Source of the DNA: Selaginella moellendorffii | Taxonomy: Eukaryota; Plantae; Lycopodiophyta | Reading direction: 5' to 3' | Length of the DNA stretch: 64,000 bases | NCBI RefSeq assembly: GCF_000143415.4 | Contig: NW_003314307.1 | Span: forward strand, 630,859-694,858 | Part shown: piece by piece, positions 24,768 through 37,709 of the stretch | How positions within the stretch are numbered: the first letter of the stretch is position 1 | Layout of the letters: the number at the start of each line of letters is the position of its first letter | Translations under genes and position numbers: made by a program | Notes under the pieces: model-generated | The model's input: the letters and a program-made list of their open reading frames with translations, nothing else | Databases searched by the model: none | Told to the model about the DNA's origin: nothing

Positions 24768-27639
24768 TTATACCAAAAGAAAAATTTATTTGTTAAGAAA
24801 GGATTTATTATAAATTCAAATGCTTTCTACAAACAGTTGTAAAGTGGATAATTTAATGAAAGTAGGTTTTTTAATCAATTATAATACTTATATATTTATA
24901 AAGTCTCTTATCAATTTATTGAATATTACTACAAGTGTAATTTTTCTTTTATACTTATGGTTTTGTAAATCATGGTTTATAAATATATATAAACCAAATA
25001 CTTAGCAATTATTTCATAAGTATTTCATTCGGGTGGTGAGCCACTTCTTATATATGTATATTCTTGGTATAGCAATTATGATTTCCAACATGAGGTCCAC
25101 TCAACAAGTATAGCATCGACATTGAGGTTCCTTAATATTGATTTCACTGACAACTATAGCATGCACATTATGACAGCTTCGATGGTAGCCAACAATGTTG
25201 ATGAAGATAGCCATCTTTTCAAGCCATTTAACTTACTATGTATTCAACACTACAGGGTTAGAGCTAAGAATTTGAAATATCATTTACAGCTCTATCATCT
25301 TTCAACCAATATTTCTACAGCCACACATGTTCGAGCATGGCTAGAGAAGGCTCTTTTAGTGCTTTGACTTTGTCACGCCATCAGACATTGTTCCACTAAG
25401 TTAGTTTGCAAGTGATGCTTCTGCTTATACTTTTGCAATGGTTGCTATGGCAATCGTTGGTGTGGATCAAATGCATAACACTACAAACATCATGTTCATT
25501 TATAAAGTATTTATAATATTCTGACTAGATTTTTTTTGTGAACTTCAAAAGTAAGTCAATATGGACCATGTCTATCATAAGCTCAAATTGCCATGGTTTG
25601 CTGGGGAGATGCCAAATCATATTTTCTATAATCTCCAGCTAAGGATAAAAATATATTCAACATTGCACTCTCCACTATTGTCTTAAAAATTCTTAACAAT
25701 ATGCCTTGGGACCATATATAGAAGTAACTACACTTTGTCTCATTCATATATGGAAAGAATTTCAATATATATCTTTCATAATCTTTTTTCGTGGCTCATA
25801 ATGCATGTTTTATTAATAGGTGCATGGCCACTTCATCCTTGAAAACCCTCAAGAAATCTCTATTTGTTGCAGTTGCCATGTTTGCAAAAAGCTTAGAATC
25901 GAAAAACAAATATGAGATATTAGTTGGTGCCACCATTGCAAGAACAAATGAACATTTTTCCAAACTTTGTGGGTCCACGGCAAATTCTATCCAAATAGTG
26001 GTCACCCCCAAGATGTTTGCATGGAGGACACTTATATAGACTTGATGTTCACTTCTACTCAAATGTTCGGTGCAATCAAACTTTTAGAGACAAAGAAGCC
26101 ACCAACAAGCCACTTTGTATTCTCCACTAGTGCCAATCAAAGCTCGCCAAAGGTTATTGCATTCAAGGCTGATTAAAGTACTGTGCACTTTCATTTTCTA
26201 TTCCATAATGTGCTTTCATTTTTTGTTTGTACAATATATTGTCTATATGCCATATAGTTGTATTTGGAATCCATTATATCAACTTGATGCTAGATTGCAA
26301 CCTTAAAGTCTCTTGCAAGACTCTCCACCAAACTTCAGTTTCACTTCCAACAAGTCTAACTCTACTTTAGCTGTCAAACATGTCCTCTTTCCAATTGAGA
26401 ACCACTTCAATATAGTACTCCTCTTAAAGATCTATCTAGAAGCTATCTCCATAAGATCCTTAGAGTGTGAATCCTTCTTCCTCCTATACATTGACTCCTT
26501 CTTGGCCAAGGAGAAGTTGTTGAACTTTTTAGGCCGTTAGATCTGGCCAATTAGCACAATTGGATGCAGGTTTCAAAAAATCTTTTCGAAGTTTAGGTGT
26601 GGAGTACAGCTCGGGCTGTGGGCAGAAGGTGTGAGTGATACTTGTTTCTTTGTGTGACCTAGGAGGGATAAAACTCTCCTTTTACCACAGCTCCTCTCAG
26701 CCACGAAGTTTTCAAGGGAAGCACATTGCCCAGCACCAAAGATGGAGGCCCAAGAGCTTGTAGGCCTAGGAGCTCTAGGGTCTATAGAGAAGCGAAAGAG
26801 GAGGCAGCCACTAACCAACACCGTCCTGCTCAAGCATGAGGATGTTTGTGGTGTTAGCAGCCACCCAAGATCCTTTTTGCAAAAGTTCTCACTTCTTTCC
26901 CTAGGGCTGGACTAGTAGTGGAATGCTATGGCCAGCACTCTGGAGCAGTGAAGCACCAAGTGGAGTGCCATGGCTATCCAACAGCCTAAGTGTCGTGGGA
27001 AATTGATTGATTCAGTCTGCTACTAGCACTCAGTTCTCTGGTGAGTGTTTACCATTTGAATTTATGGGCATAGATCTGGGAGACAGGGTGTTGGGGCAAA
27101 GAATTGCTAGGGCACAAGCCATGGACAGCAGGCAACAAAAAATGTTGCTTGCTATGGGTCTATGATCCTCCTGCATTGCTTATTAATTTTTTTGGCTCTT
27201 GGAAAACTCCTAATATAAGGGATTGTATGGGCATGAGAACAAGAGCTCTTAGGGTTTTGTAGAGCATGGCTGTTGAGTTTGGTGGTGATTGTGCAGTAGA
27301 TGCAAAACCATTGGGCAAAGAATATCATTTCCTATGATTAAAATTCATTTTCACTTAAACTTGCCCCAATCACTTAATATAATTAAGATGCCAATTACCT
27401 TATCATACATTTTCTTCTTTATGTATATGTTTAATTGATAGATAGAGTCACCCCTCACCAATTGATAACGTAATTCTTTGTCTATACTAATGTATTGATC
27501 TGGTAATTACAACAATTCCATATAGATTGCCTCTCTCTAGACACGAGACTTACATTTTAAACATGAGATTGACAGTCAAAGTCTGGCAAATTAAACACCT
27601 TTATAAATCTTTTGACTAACTACAAACATGGTTTATTAG

Positions 27640-28300
27640 TACTATGGAATATCAAGTTTTAAATTTAGTTTATATCTAATATATATTAATAACAATTATT
27701 TTTTTAGTTTTACCTAGGTCTGGGTAGTAGTATTAGTGTTCTTAAGATTTTATTGTTCTATATTCTAAGTAAAGCACATGGCAAAGTAATTCTTTGCTAA
27801 TATTTATATTAAATATATATTAAACTAATTTATTTTTATTTATTTCTAACAATTTTTTATTTCTATGTTAGACTTTGTTTAGGTCTGAGTAATATATTAA
27901 TGTTATTAAAATATTAGCTATATATTTATTCATATTCCACGTAAACACATAATAATTAAATAATGCTTCCTAGTAGTCCTTCTTTACTTTTGTTTGAGTC
28001 TGGGTAGTAATAAATTAGTTTTTTAATTCTAAATTTGTTTGTATCCCAAGTAAAAAATATGATTTACATATAATATCTAATAAATAAAATTAATTTTTAG
28101 TAATTCTTGATTTAATTTTTTGGTCTGAAATATATTCATATTCTAATAACTGTAAAAAAGTATTCTTAGCAATTTTTATTCTACGTTTTCTGGGTTAAGT
28201 ATTAAATTTTGTAAAATCTTAGTGTTCCAAATCAATAATTCCAAATTGAGAATATATTAATATTCTAAATATATATTCTATGCTGTATAATATTAATATT
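27640..28300 (+). repeat. AT-rich dispersed repeat with internal subrepeats (second copy at 55065-55468)
   Basis: tctgagtaatat..tatatatttattcatatt..aaacacat..aattaaataatgctt is shared with 55080-55140. Recurring tctgggtagta motif. Confidence 0.65.
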
Positions 28301-28301
28301 G

Positions 28302-28303
<2 letters not shown>

Positions 28304-28337
<34 letters not shown>
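28304..28337. repeat. (GA)n microsatellite
   Basis: Directly visible. Confidence 0.98.
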
Positions 28338-28342
<5 letters not shown>

Positions 28343-28512
28343 ATATATTATTGATTTTTGTACTCATAGAGCATTTGCTGGGCAATGTCTAATATACAAA
28401 TGAGAAAAAGACAAGATTTTAAGTTATGCTGCCGGCCAAGATTTTGTTCCTCACAAAATAATTTTGTTATAGTTTTTCTATGTACATCGCTGATCAAAAA
28501 TTTCGTTCACAA

Positions 28513-30360
28513 TCAAATGATGGTCTCCCCGCTTTCACAGTTTCCAACGCTAACTTCAATCATCTTCTTGGTGGATTTCACGACTCTACAGCATTGCCTT
28601 CTCGGGGCCTGCATTCACAACAAAACAGGTTAGCAACACTACAAAGGAGAAATGGTAGAAAAATAAACGAAACAGCACTTACCAAGTGCCAAGAATCGTC
28701 GGCCTGTTCTTTCGTCACTATAATCTCCTCCAGAGAGCCTGGAGAGTGCTGGAGCGTCGACTTGCACTCTCCTCCTCCTCGCTGCCGACGGTCTCGACTA
28801 TAGCTGCTAATCGTCTCCCCGGCTTCGTCGCCATAGCCAACTTCTTTCATGTAAAAGATAGTTGGCTGCTCGCACGGACTCTTCAAGAATGGCCGGGTGT
28901 TGAAAGGAAAGCCAATGTCGTCCATCCTTCTATACCAGCTCAAGAAGGTCCGCATTGGCAGCTCCAGCAACCGTGGAGGAAGTATCCCTCTGTAGACCTG
29001 GACAGCATATCCCCACGACACCGAGATGGACCATCTCTTGTACTTGTCGTAGCAAATCGACTGCTGGAGCACACCCCCTGGGTCCACTCTCATCGAGCTC
29101 TTGAAGTGCCTGAGCGCTTCAATCTGCGTAGTGTTTGGGAACACGGGGTCGATCAGGTCGAGGTGGTGGATCGAGACGAGCGGAGTCACTGGATGTGCTG
29201 CGAGGAGTCCAAACGCATCCCCATATATGTCGAACTGCCAGGAGAAGAGAGACAAAACCTAAGAAACTTGAAAGAAAGAAGCAAGAACTTCAAACACATA
29301 CCTGGTGAAATCCCGGTTCTTTGGTGAGAGGAACTCCGAGCTCGGAGAGACAAGCCTGGATTCGATCGTCGCTGCCGTAAAGGTAGGGGTACTTCATAAT
29401 GCATCGGTCCTGGACCTTCGCGAGAGCCTTGGCGAGAGGATAACTTATCGCGAAGCCACCACCTCCGTAAGCCATGTTGTACGAGAAATGAATGTTCTGA
29501 GTGTGGCTCTCGGAATGGGAGCCAATGTAGTAGAACTTGCGGTGGTCGTACTTGGACAAGATCCTCACCAAGTTCTCAGGAACAAACATCGTGTCGTCGT
29601 CTCCCATCACGAACCAGTGCACGTCCGTGAGGTTCTGCCGGAACGTCTCGGACACGACGCGAGAGATTCTGATCCCCGACCGCCCGCCTTTCTTGTTGGT
29701 GTAGTTGAACTTGGCCGTGTCTTCGGAGATCCTCATCGGCGGCAGCGCCTTGGACCAGCTGCTCACCGCCTTGTCCAGCCACACAAACCCCCGCATTTCC
29801 CCCGGCCGCCACCACAGCTTCACGTACTCCTGCCTCTTCTCCCACAGCTTGGCCGACGCCGCGATCCCGAAAACTATGTTGGCCAGCCCCGTCTCGTACC
29901 CGGGAGCCGGAGAGGACCCTTTCTCCGGCTCGTGCGAGGGCGCTATACTGCTGTGGAAAGGCTGCTGTTCTTCCTGCATGGGCGGAAGATCGTCGTCCAA
30001 GTATCTCACCATGTCCCGCTCTAAGTCGTCTTGGGCTTCGATGGCCCGGTTGAGCTCCTCGGCCTGCCTGAAAGCCTCATCGTCGCTGTGCTTGCACGAG
30101 TAGAGAACTCCACACCCGGGGCCCCCGAACACGAACATGAAGTACATGAACATGAACACCATAGCCGATAGAACGATTGCCAGCCGCAAGCTCCCAACAC
30201 CTGTGAGCTGCTCTATCCTGTTGCTAGTACCTTTGACGACTCTGATACACTCCTCGTCGTCGTAGAGCACGGGCTTCATGCTGCTCCGGTGCTTCTTCTT
30301 GGAGAAGAACATCCTTCTTCCTTGAGACCCTGGAGGAATTCCCCAAAGACTGAGTATCAT
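28513..30360 (-). CDS. DUF604 / Fringe-related glycosyltransferase, type II membrane protein; exons 30360-29302, 29234-28683, 28608-28513
   Basis: IVFGIAASAKLW, WFVMGDDDT, MAYGGGGFAISYPLA, YGSDDRIQAC, GFHQ|FDIYG and C-terminal APRRQCC. GT-AG introns preserve the frame. Confidence 0.93.
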
Positions 30361-31149
30361 TTTTGCTGCTAGGCCTCCTCTGAGAAAGAAAAAGCTTACC
30401 TCACAGAGCCGAGAGATCTCGCGACGCCCAGTCGCGCTCCTGGGTCAAATTTGACGATGGCCGGCTCTCACAAGTTCCAAAGCCGTGTCTTTGACGTTTT
30501 CTCCCGCTGACAAAGCAATCCGAGAGAGCCGCGCAAAACGACGATCATCGCTCTCCCTGATCCACCCTTAGCTCCCAATTTTTAGCCCCTCTCTCCACAC
30601 CTGGAATCTGGATCGAAAGAAAGGGAAGAAAGGGAGGAGCACTCGCGCGAAAGTGAAAGGCCGCGGGAATATCAGCGTCCCAGCGGCAATGAGCGCACGA
30701 ATCTAGATCTGACCCTCTTGCGTCGTGCAAGCAGGCGACCAAAAAAAGAGAGAGAGTGAGAGAGAGAGAAGAAAAAGAAATCGTCCCTAGCACTGGAGCA
30801 CGCCTCTTGCATCCGGCGATGGAATCTCCCTAGAATTGAGGATCTCTAGCGCTGCTACAGTGCCGCGGTCTTAACCTAAGCTCGCTCGAAAGATGCTTAA
30901 TGGAATTTCCGTGAAAGCGATGGCCGCGCTTCCGGCGAGCAATGCAGGAGGTCGCGATGGCTTTCCCGAGGATCGCCAATGCCTCCTTAACGCAGCCAAC
31001 GCGCTTGGACAAGAATGCCGCCATAGACCACGAAGAACACAGCGTAACGGGAAAAACGAAGGAAAAAAAAATTGTATTTCTTTTTTCCTGCTGGGCCTTG
31101 GAATCGAACACAGGACCGCTCGAAGGAATTTTAGGGTTCTTGGGTTTTG

Positions 31150-31157
31150 TAGGGTTT
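31150..31157 (-). promoter_or_regulatory. Telo-box (AAACCCTA) upstream of RPS5
   Basis: tagggttt ~12 nt before the ATG; typical of plant ribosomal protein genes. Confidence 0.5.
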
Positions 31158-31168
31158 AGCGGGACAAC

Positions 31169-32044
<876 letters not shown>

Positions 32045-32104
32045 AGAGAATTTTTTCCACCACAGGTTTATTGTTTTCACTTCGCTTGAGATTGAATCAA
32101 TAGT

Positions 32105-33749
32105 TTAAGCGATGGTTGCACTGTACAGCTTTTTTATCTCCTCTACGTCGTCGTAGCTCCCCAAGAAAATTGGAGACCTCTCGTGGAGGTGTTTGGGGAC
32201 TAGATCGAGTGCCTAGGAACATAGATTTTAGAACAAACGGGAGTTAAAAAGCTAAATTTTACCCGCTCTTTCCCTGTGAAAGCCTGACCCCCGGCTTGCT
32301 CAACGAGATAGGACATTGGAAACACCTCATAGAGAACTCTGGTAAAAAAAGAGTGAGTTAAAAAAAAAATTCCGGGGAAGCGTTCTTTCTCACCGTAATT
32401 TTCCAAAGGGGCTCTTTTTGTCAGCTGGGTACATGAAAATTCCACCGTACAAAAGTGTGCGATGGACATCAGCTACCATACTAAAGATCAAATATTCTTA
32501 AAAACTGAGAATTCGATATAAAATTTAGAGTAATCTTGCCTGCCAATGTATCTGAGCGACTTTGGTGACGAGTCATCTTTGGGGAACTTTGCATTCTCCA
32601 CATATCTGTCATAAATCAAAATCTTACTTTTTAAAAAGAAAACACTAAACTTACAATCTAGTGGGCTCGTCCCAGTTCTTTGCATTGCCCTCATTCACGG
32701 AATAAATTTTTCCCTTCTTTGGTATCTGCAAAGAAAAAATCATCAATCTTGGGCATCTCACAATCATCCATTGTAATAATGAAAGGAATCATCTTTTACG
32801 AACTTACCTTAATGTCAGGATGTGTCAATATAAATTCTCCCAGGGATGGATCTAGAGTAAACCCATTCACGCCCGATCCAGTAGAAAACACGAGCTAAGA
32901 GAAGAACAAAGCATTAAACTTTGTAAGTTTGTGAAGTTCTTACCGTGCATGAGCTACCGTACATGCAATACCCAGCCGCGACCATTTCACTGCCAGGCTT
33001 GAGAACATCATCGTTGCTGCCTGCGTTGTCATGATCCAGTAGAAAAATCCCAAAAATCTGCAGCAAAACCTGGTTTTGACGATCAATCTAGTGGAAAGGG
33101 CTTACAGTTCCAATCGAAACACCACAGTCGATGTTAGACGAGCCATCCAGAGGATCAAAGACCACACAGTATCTAAGATCAGTCGAGAAAAGAATTAGCG
33201 ACGTTTGAGTTATAGTTTACTTACTTGCCACGGTGAGATGCCTCCACAAAGATCGCCTCCTCCAGCTCCTCGGACACAAGAACATTCTAAGCAAAACAAA
33301 GAGCAAATCCTTAGAAAGTAGGCAAGCATGGATTTTTACTCACAGTTCTTCCACTGCTGCTAAGCGCCTTGACGAAAACATCGTTTGACAACACATCCAG
33401 CTTCTTCTGTTCTTCACCCTGTACAGGAAAATGTACGGAAAACCTTGCAATCGAATCGAAGTTTCCAATTCCAACTCACCTGGACATTGGTTTCTCCTGC
33501 AAGGCCAATCAACTTGGCCAATCCAGCCTGAAACAAAAAAGGAAAAAGATTCCCAGATTGCAATCGCTAGGAAGAAATCTGTTCGCCCACCTTGTTCACT
33601 GCCGAGCACACGAACTTACATCCGAGAACAATGTGACTGAGCAAAATGGTGAGATCGCCGCGAGCCTCGGGATGCTTGCTCTGCTCGTTGAGCACGAACC
33701 GAGTGATTGTCATGAGATCGGTGCGCTGGGCATCAGCTTGATGATCCAT
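32105..33749 (-). CDS. FBP: Cytosolic fructose-1,6-bisphosphatase, many short exons
   Basis: [54 protein letters not shown]|[23 protein letters not shown]. No transit peptide. Confidence 0.96.
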
Positions 33750-34137
33750 GCCTCCAAACTCCAATCCAGAAAAACCCAAAAATGTCCAATCCCAAAACCA
33801 AGAGAGGAAAAAAAAAAGAAAAAACTACACGAACCTCGCTCGTCAAACAAGCATCACACACCTATTTTGCCGCCCGGATATACCATCCACGTGGCGTCTC
33901 GTGGTTGCCAAGTGTGAAACAAAGCTCTTATCTGCGTTTTCTCTCCAGAAATATTGGAGCGAAACAAAAGCTTGGTCACAAGGCCATCATGATTCCACCA
34001 TAGCTTTGATCTTCCACTTATTTTAAAAACCATACAAATCGCTAACTATATAGTGATCTTTGATCTTTATCATCGTTCTTTCCACAAAGTGGTGGTGATT
34101 CTGGAAAGCAAAAGAGCCACTTTCGGTGCTTGATCTC

Positions 34138-34990
34138 TTAATTAAAAAAGTGCCTCTTCTTCTTGTCTCCTTGTTCTTGATCCTCCAGTTCTTCGTCCTT
34201 GCTTTCCTCCTTCTCGCGGTCCTCGTAAATCGCATACCCGCCAGATCCAGCCTCGGTTTTGTTCCTTGCTCCGGCTTCATACTGAAAGAACAAACATTGA
34301 TCCAGAAAAAGAAGAAAAAATTCAATTTTTTTTTGTTCTTACCATGCCTCCCACACTGCCAAGGCTCGCCTTGGCATCGTCCAATCTCCCCTTCACGTCT
34401 TCCTGCATTTTCGAGCTTGTGTAGTCACTGTCATCCATCGACTCGTTGTCCTTTCGGACACCATATCCGGAGCTTCGATCGTAATCGCCATCCTCTTGTT
34501 TCTTACTCCGCCCACCATAGCCATCTCCTTGAGTGTAGTCTTCCTCCTCTGGTTTCTTCGTTCGGTCACCATAGCTGTAGTCGTCGCTCTTCGTTCCATA
34601 ACCTCCAATGTCATCGCTCTTCTTTCCATAGCCTCCAAATTCATCGCTCTTTTTTTCCGAATCGGTGCTGAACTCGTCGGAGGTTTTCCCGTAGCCTCCA
34701 CCGCTGTAATCGTCGGATTTCTTGCCATATCCACTGGAGTAGTCATCGGATTTTCTCCCGTAGCCTTCACCTTCGTTGTCGTAGTCGTCAGATTTCTTTC
34801 TGCCGCCATAACCACCACCTCCACTGCCGTAGTCGTCAGATTTGGCCTTGTATCCATCCTCATTGTCGTCGTAGTTGGAAGAATTCTTGCTCCTTCCTCC
34901 TCCATAGCCGCCGCTATAGTTGTCCTCCCCTGTGGCTACGCCCTCGGTGTTGGAATCGTCGTAGTTACTCCTCCTTCCCGTGTAAGACAT
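34138..34990 (-). CDS. ABA/WDS (ASR-like) hydrophilic protein, copy 1, with eroded ABA/WDS domain; exons 34990-34343, 34281-34138
   Basis: Paralogue of 36015-37018. GYGKKSDD repeats. Spliced frame stays open to ..KKRHFFN*. Confidence 0.8.
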
Positions 34991-35542
34991 TGTCGCGAAA
35001 CGCTGCGAAATTACCACAAGAATGTATGTAAGTTGACGACTTTAGATCAGAGAATGCTTCAACTCACCAGAGAAACTTCTGAAACTTTCGAGAGAACTAT
35101 GGAAGAACTTTTCCTGGCCGATATATCCGTGAGAAGCTCGAGGGCGTCGTTTTATACTGATAGATTTGCCCGCGGATCGACGAGTAAACTCCCTATAGCC
35201 GGTTCCCAGACACAGAGCAACCGACACCTGCAAGTTCCAGCAAGCATATCTCCACGAAATGTATACGCATATACCACCCGCGCGATAAAAGCTTTACGAT
35301 GTCTCTCTCGTGCTCGTGAAGGCCACCAAACGGAGTAGTGATTTTCTTAAAGGGGCCCGGCGATGACCAATTCACCCACATTCATGCATGGTAAATCTCC
35401 ACCGACGCATCCATCTGGGATTATTTTTCGCGTAGAATATAGATCATACTCTGCACGAACGATACCAAGGATCATCCGTGAGTTTACTGTGCTGGACAAA
35501 GTTTCTTCCCCAAAATCTTGAGTAGAAAGGATGTTCGATCAC

Positions 35543-35880
35543 CTTCTGTTCTTCACCCTCTACACAGGAAACCTTGGCAATCGAATCAATTCCAACAAGA
35601 TTGCACCCTCTCCTGCGAGGCCAATCCAGCGTGAAAACAAGGAAAAGATTCGTCGCTTCGAAGAAATTTCTTCACCCGCCTTGTTTACTGCCGCGCACAA
35701 GAACTTACATCAAAATGATGAGATCGCCGCGCGGGATGCTCTGCTAAATTGTCATGAGACCGGTGAGTTGGACTCCAAATTCCAACCCGAAACACCAAAA
35801 AGAAATCCACGTGTTGCCAAGTGAACTCTTATCTGTGTTTTCTCTCCAGAAATATTGGAGCGAACCATCTTGATCTTCCA
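35543..35880 (-). pseudogene. Decayed duplicate of the FBPase 5' end and upstream region
   Basis: Collinear with 33404-34015 (cttctgttcttcaccct, ccttgtt.actgccg, ctccagaaatattggagcgaa) but with many small deletions. Confidence 0.85.
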
Positions 35881-36014
35881 TTTATTCTCATAGCATATAA
35901 ACCAAAACCATATAGTCCTTTTTCTTTGAGCTTTATCGCCTTCTTTCTACAAAGTGGTGTGATAGCTCCTTGGAAAGCGAAATATGTCCCAGAGCTTGAA
36001 ATCGTGGAGATCTC

Positions 36015-37018
36015 TTAGCTAAACCAGTGCTTCTTCTTTGTGACTCCTTCTTCTTGATCCTCCAGTTCTTCCACGCCGTCCTTGCGTTCCTCCTTCTCGT
36101 GGTGCTCGTAAATCGCGTACCCGCCAGATCCAGTCGCCACAGCAGCAGCAATGCCGGCCTCGGTTTTGTGCCTTATTCCATGCTCGGGATCCACTTTGGC
36201 CTCGTGAGCTTCATACTGAAAGAACAAACCATTGACCATCTTCAAGAACAAGAAGAAGAAAAGCGTTTTCCTCTTACCGCGGCATAAGCTCCAGCAACCA
36301 TTCCTCCAACAATGCCAATTCTCTCGTGCCTCCTGTGCTCCTTGATGTCGTCCTCGGCATCGTCCAGTTTCTCCTTCACCGAGAACTCTTCTTCTTCCTG
36401 GTCTTTCCTTGTATAGTCACTCTCATCGTCCTTTCGGACACCATATCCGGAACCTTGATCGTAATTGCCATCCTCTTGTTTCTTACTCCGCCCACCATAG
36501 CCATCTCCTTGAGTGTAGTCTTCCTCCTCCGGTTTCTTCGGTCGGTCACCATAGCTGCTCTTCTTTCCATAGCCTCCAAATTCATCGCTCTTCTTTCCAT
36601 AGCCTCCAAATTCATCGTTCTTCTCTCCGTAGCCTCCAAATTCATCGCTCTTCTTTTCCGAATCATAGTTCTCGGTGCTGAACTCGTCGGAGGTTTTCCC
36701 GTAGCCTCCACCGCTGTAATCGTCGGATTTCTTGCCATATCCACTGGAGTAGTCATCGGATTTTCTCCCGTAGCCTTCACCTTCGTTGTCGTAGTCGCCA
36801 GATTTCTTGCTGTAGCCGTCGGACTTTCTGCCGCCATAGCCACCACCTCCACTGCCGTAGTCGTCGGATTTGGCCTTGTATCCATCCTCATTGTCGTCGT
36901 AGCCGGAAGAATTCCTGCTCCTTCCTCCTCCATAGCGGCCGCTGTAGTTGTCCTCCCCGGTGGCTACGCCCTCGGTGTTGGAATCGTCGTAGTTACTCCT
37001 CCTTCCCTCGTAAGACAT
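36015..37018 (-). CDS. ABA/WDS-induced (ASR-family) protein, copy 2; exons 37018-36278, 36215-36015
   Basis: C-terminal KEHRRHERIG..AGAYAA|YEAHEAKVDPEHGIRHKTEAGIAAAVATGSGGYAIYEHHEK is the ABA/WDS domain. Long G/Y/D/S/K repeat N-terminus. Confidence 0.88.
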
Positions 37019-37709
37019 TGTCGCGAAACGCTGAGCAAATCCCACAAGAATGTATGTAAGTTCACGACTGTAGATCAGAGAAATCAAGCAAAAGAAATGC
37101 TTCAACTCACCAGAGAAACTTTCGAGAGAGCTTTAGAAGAACTCTGGAAGAACTTTACGAAGAAATAGATATGTTATCCGTGAGAAACTCGAGAGCGTCG
37201 CTTTATACTGATAGATTTGCCCGCGGATCGACGAGTAAACTCCTATAGCCGGTTCCCAGAGCGTCGGCGGTCCACAGAGAAACCGACACCTGCCAGTTCC
37301 CAGCAAGCATATCTCCACGAGATGTATGCGCATATACCACCATCTCTGTTGCACGACTTCGCCGATAAAAGCTTTGCAATGTCTCTCTCGAGCTCGTGAA
37401 GGCCACCAAACGGAGTGGTGATTTTTTTAAAGGGGCCCGGCGATGACCACATTCGTGCATGGTAAATCTCCACCGACGCATCCATCTCGCGATTTTTTTC
37501 GCGTAAAATATAGTTAGAATGGTCATGACTGCACGAACGATACCAGGGAATCAAATTTTCGCAATGAGACCGAGTTTATCATACCTGAGTTATATTGTCA
37601 CTTTACTTGATCACTGGACAAAGATTCTCCCGCTCGCTAGTAACACCTGGACTAGAAAGAATGCTCGATCACTTTATATCCGATCCTGTAGAGCAGGCCT
37701 TTAAGAGCT

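Noticed and set aside
25050-27320. Faint PPR-like traces (e.g. QKNVACYGSMIL, AYDRHG)
   Set aside because: Too degraded to set boundaries or support by eye; needs TBLASTN.
34496-37168. Two hydrophobic 280-aa plus-strand ORFs
   Set aside because: Antisense shadows of the repetitive ASR-like genes.
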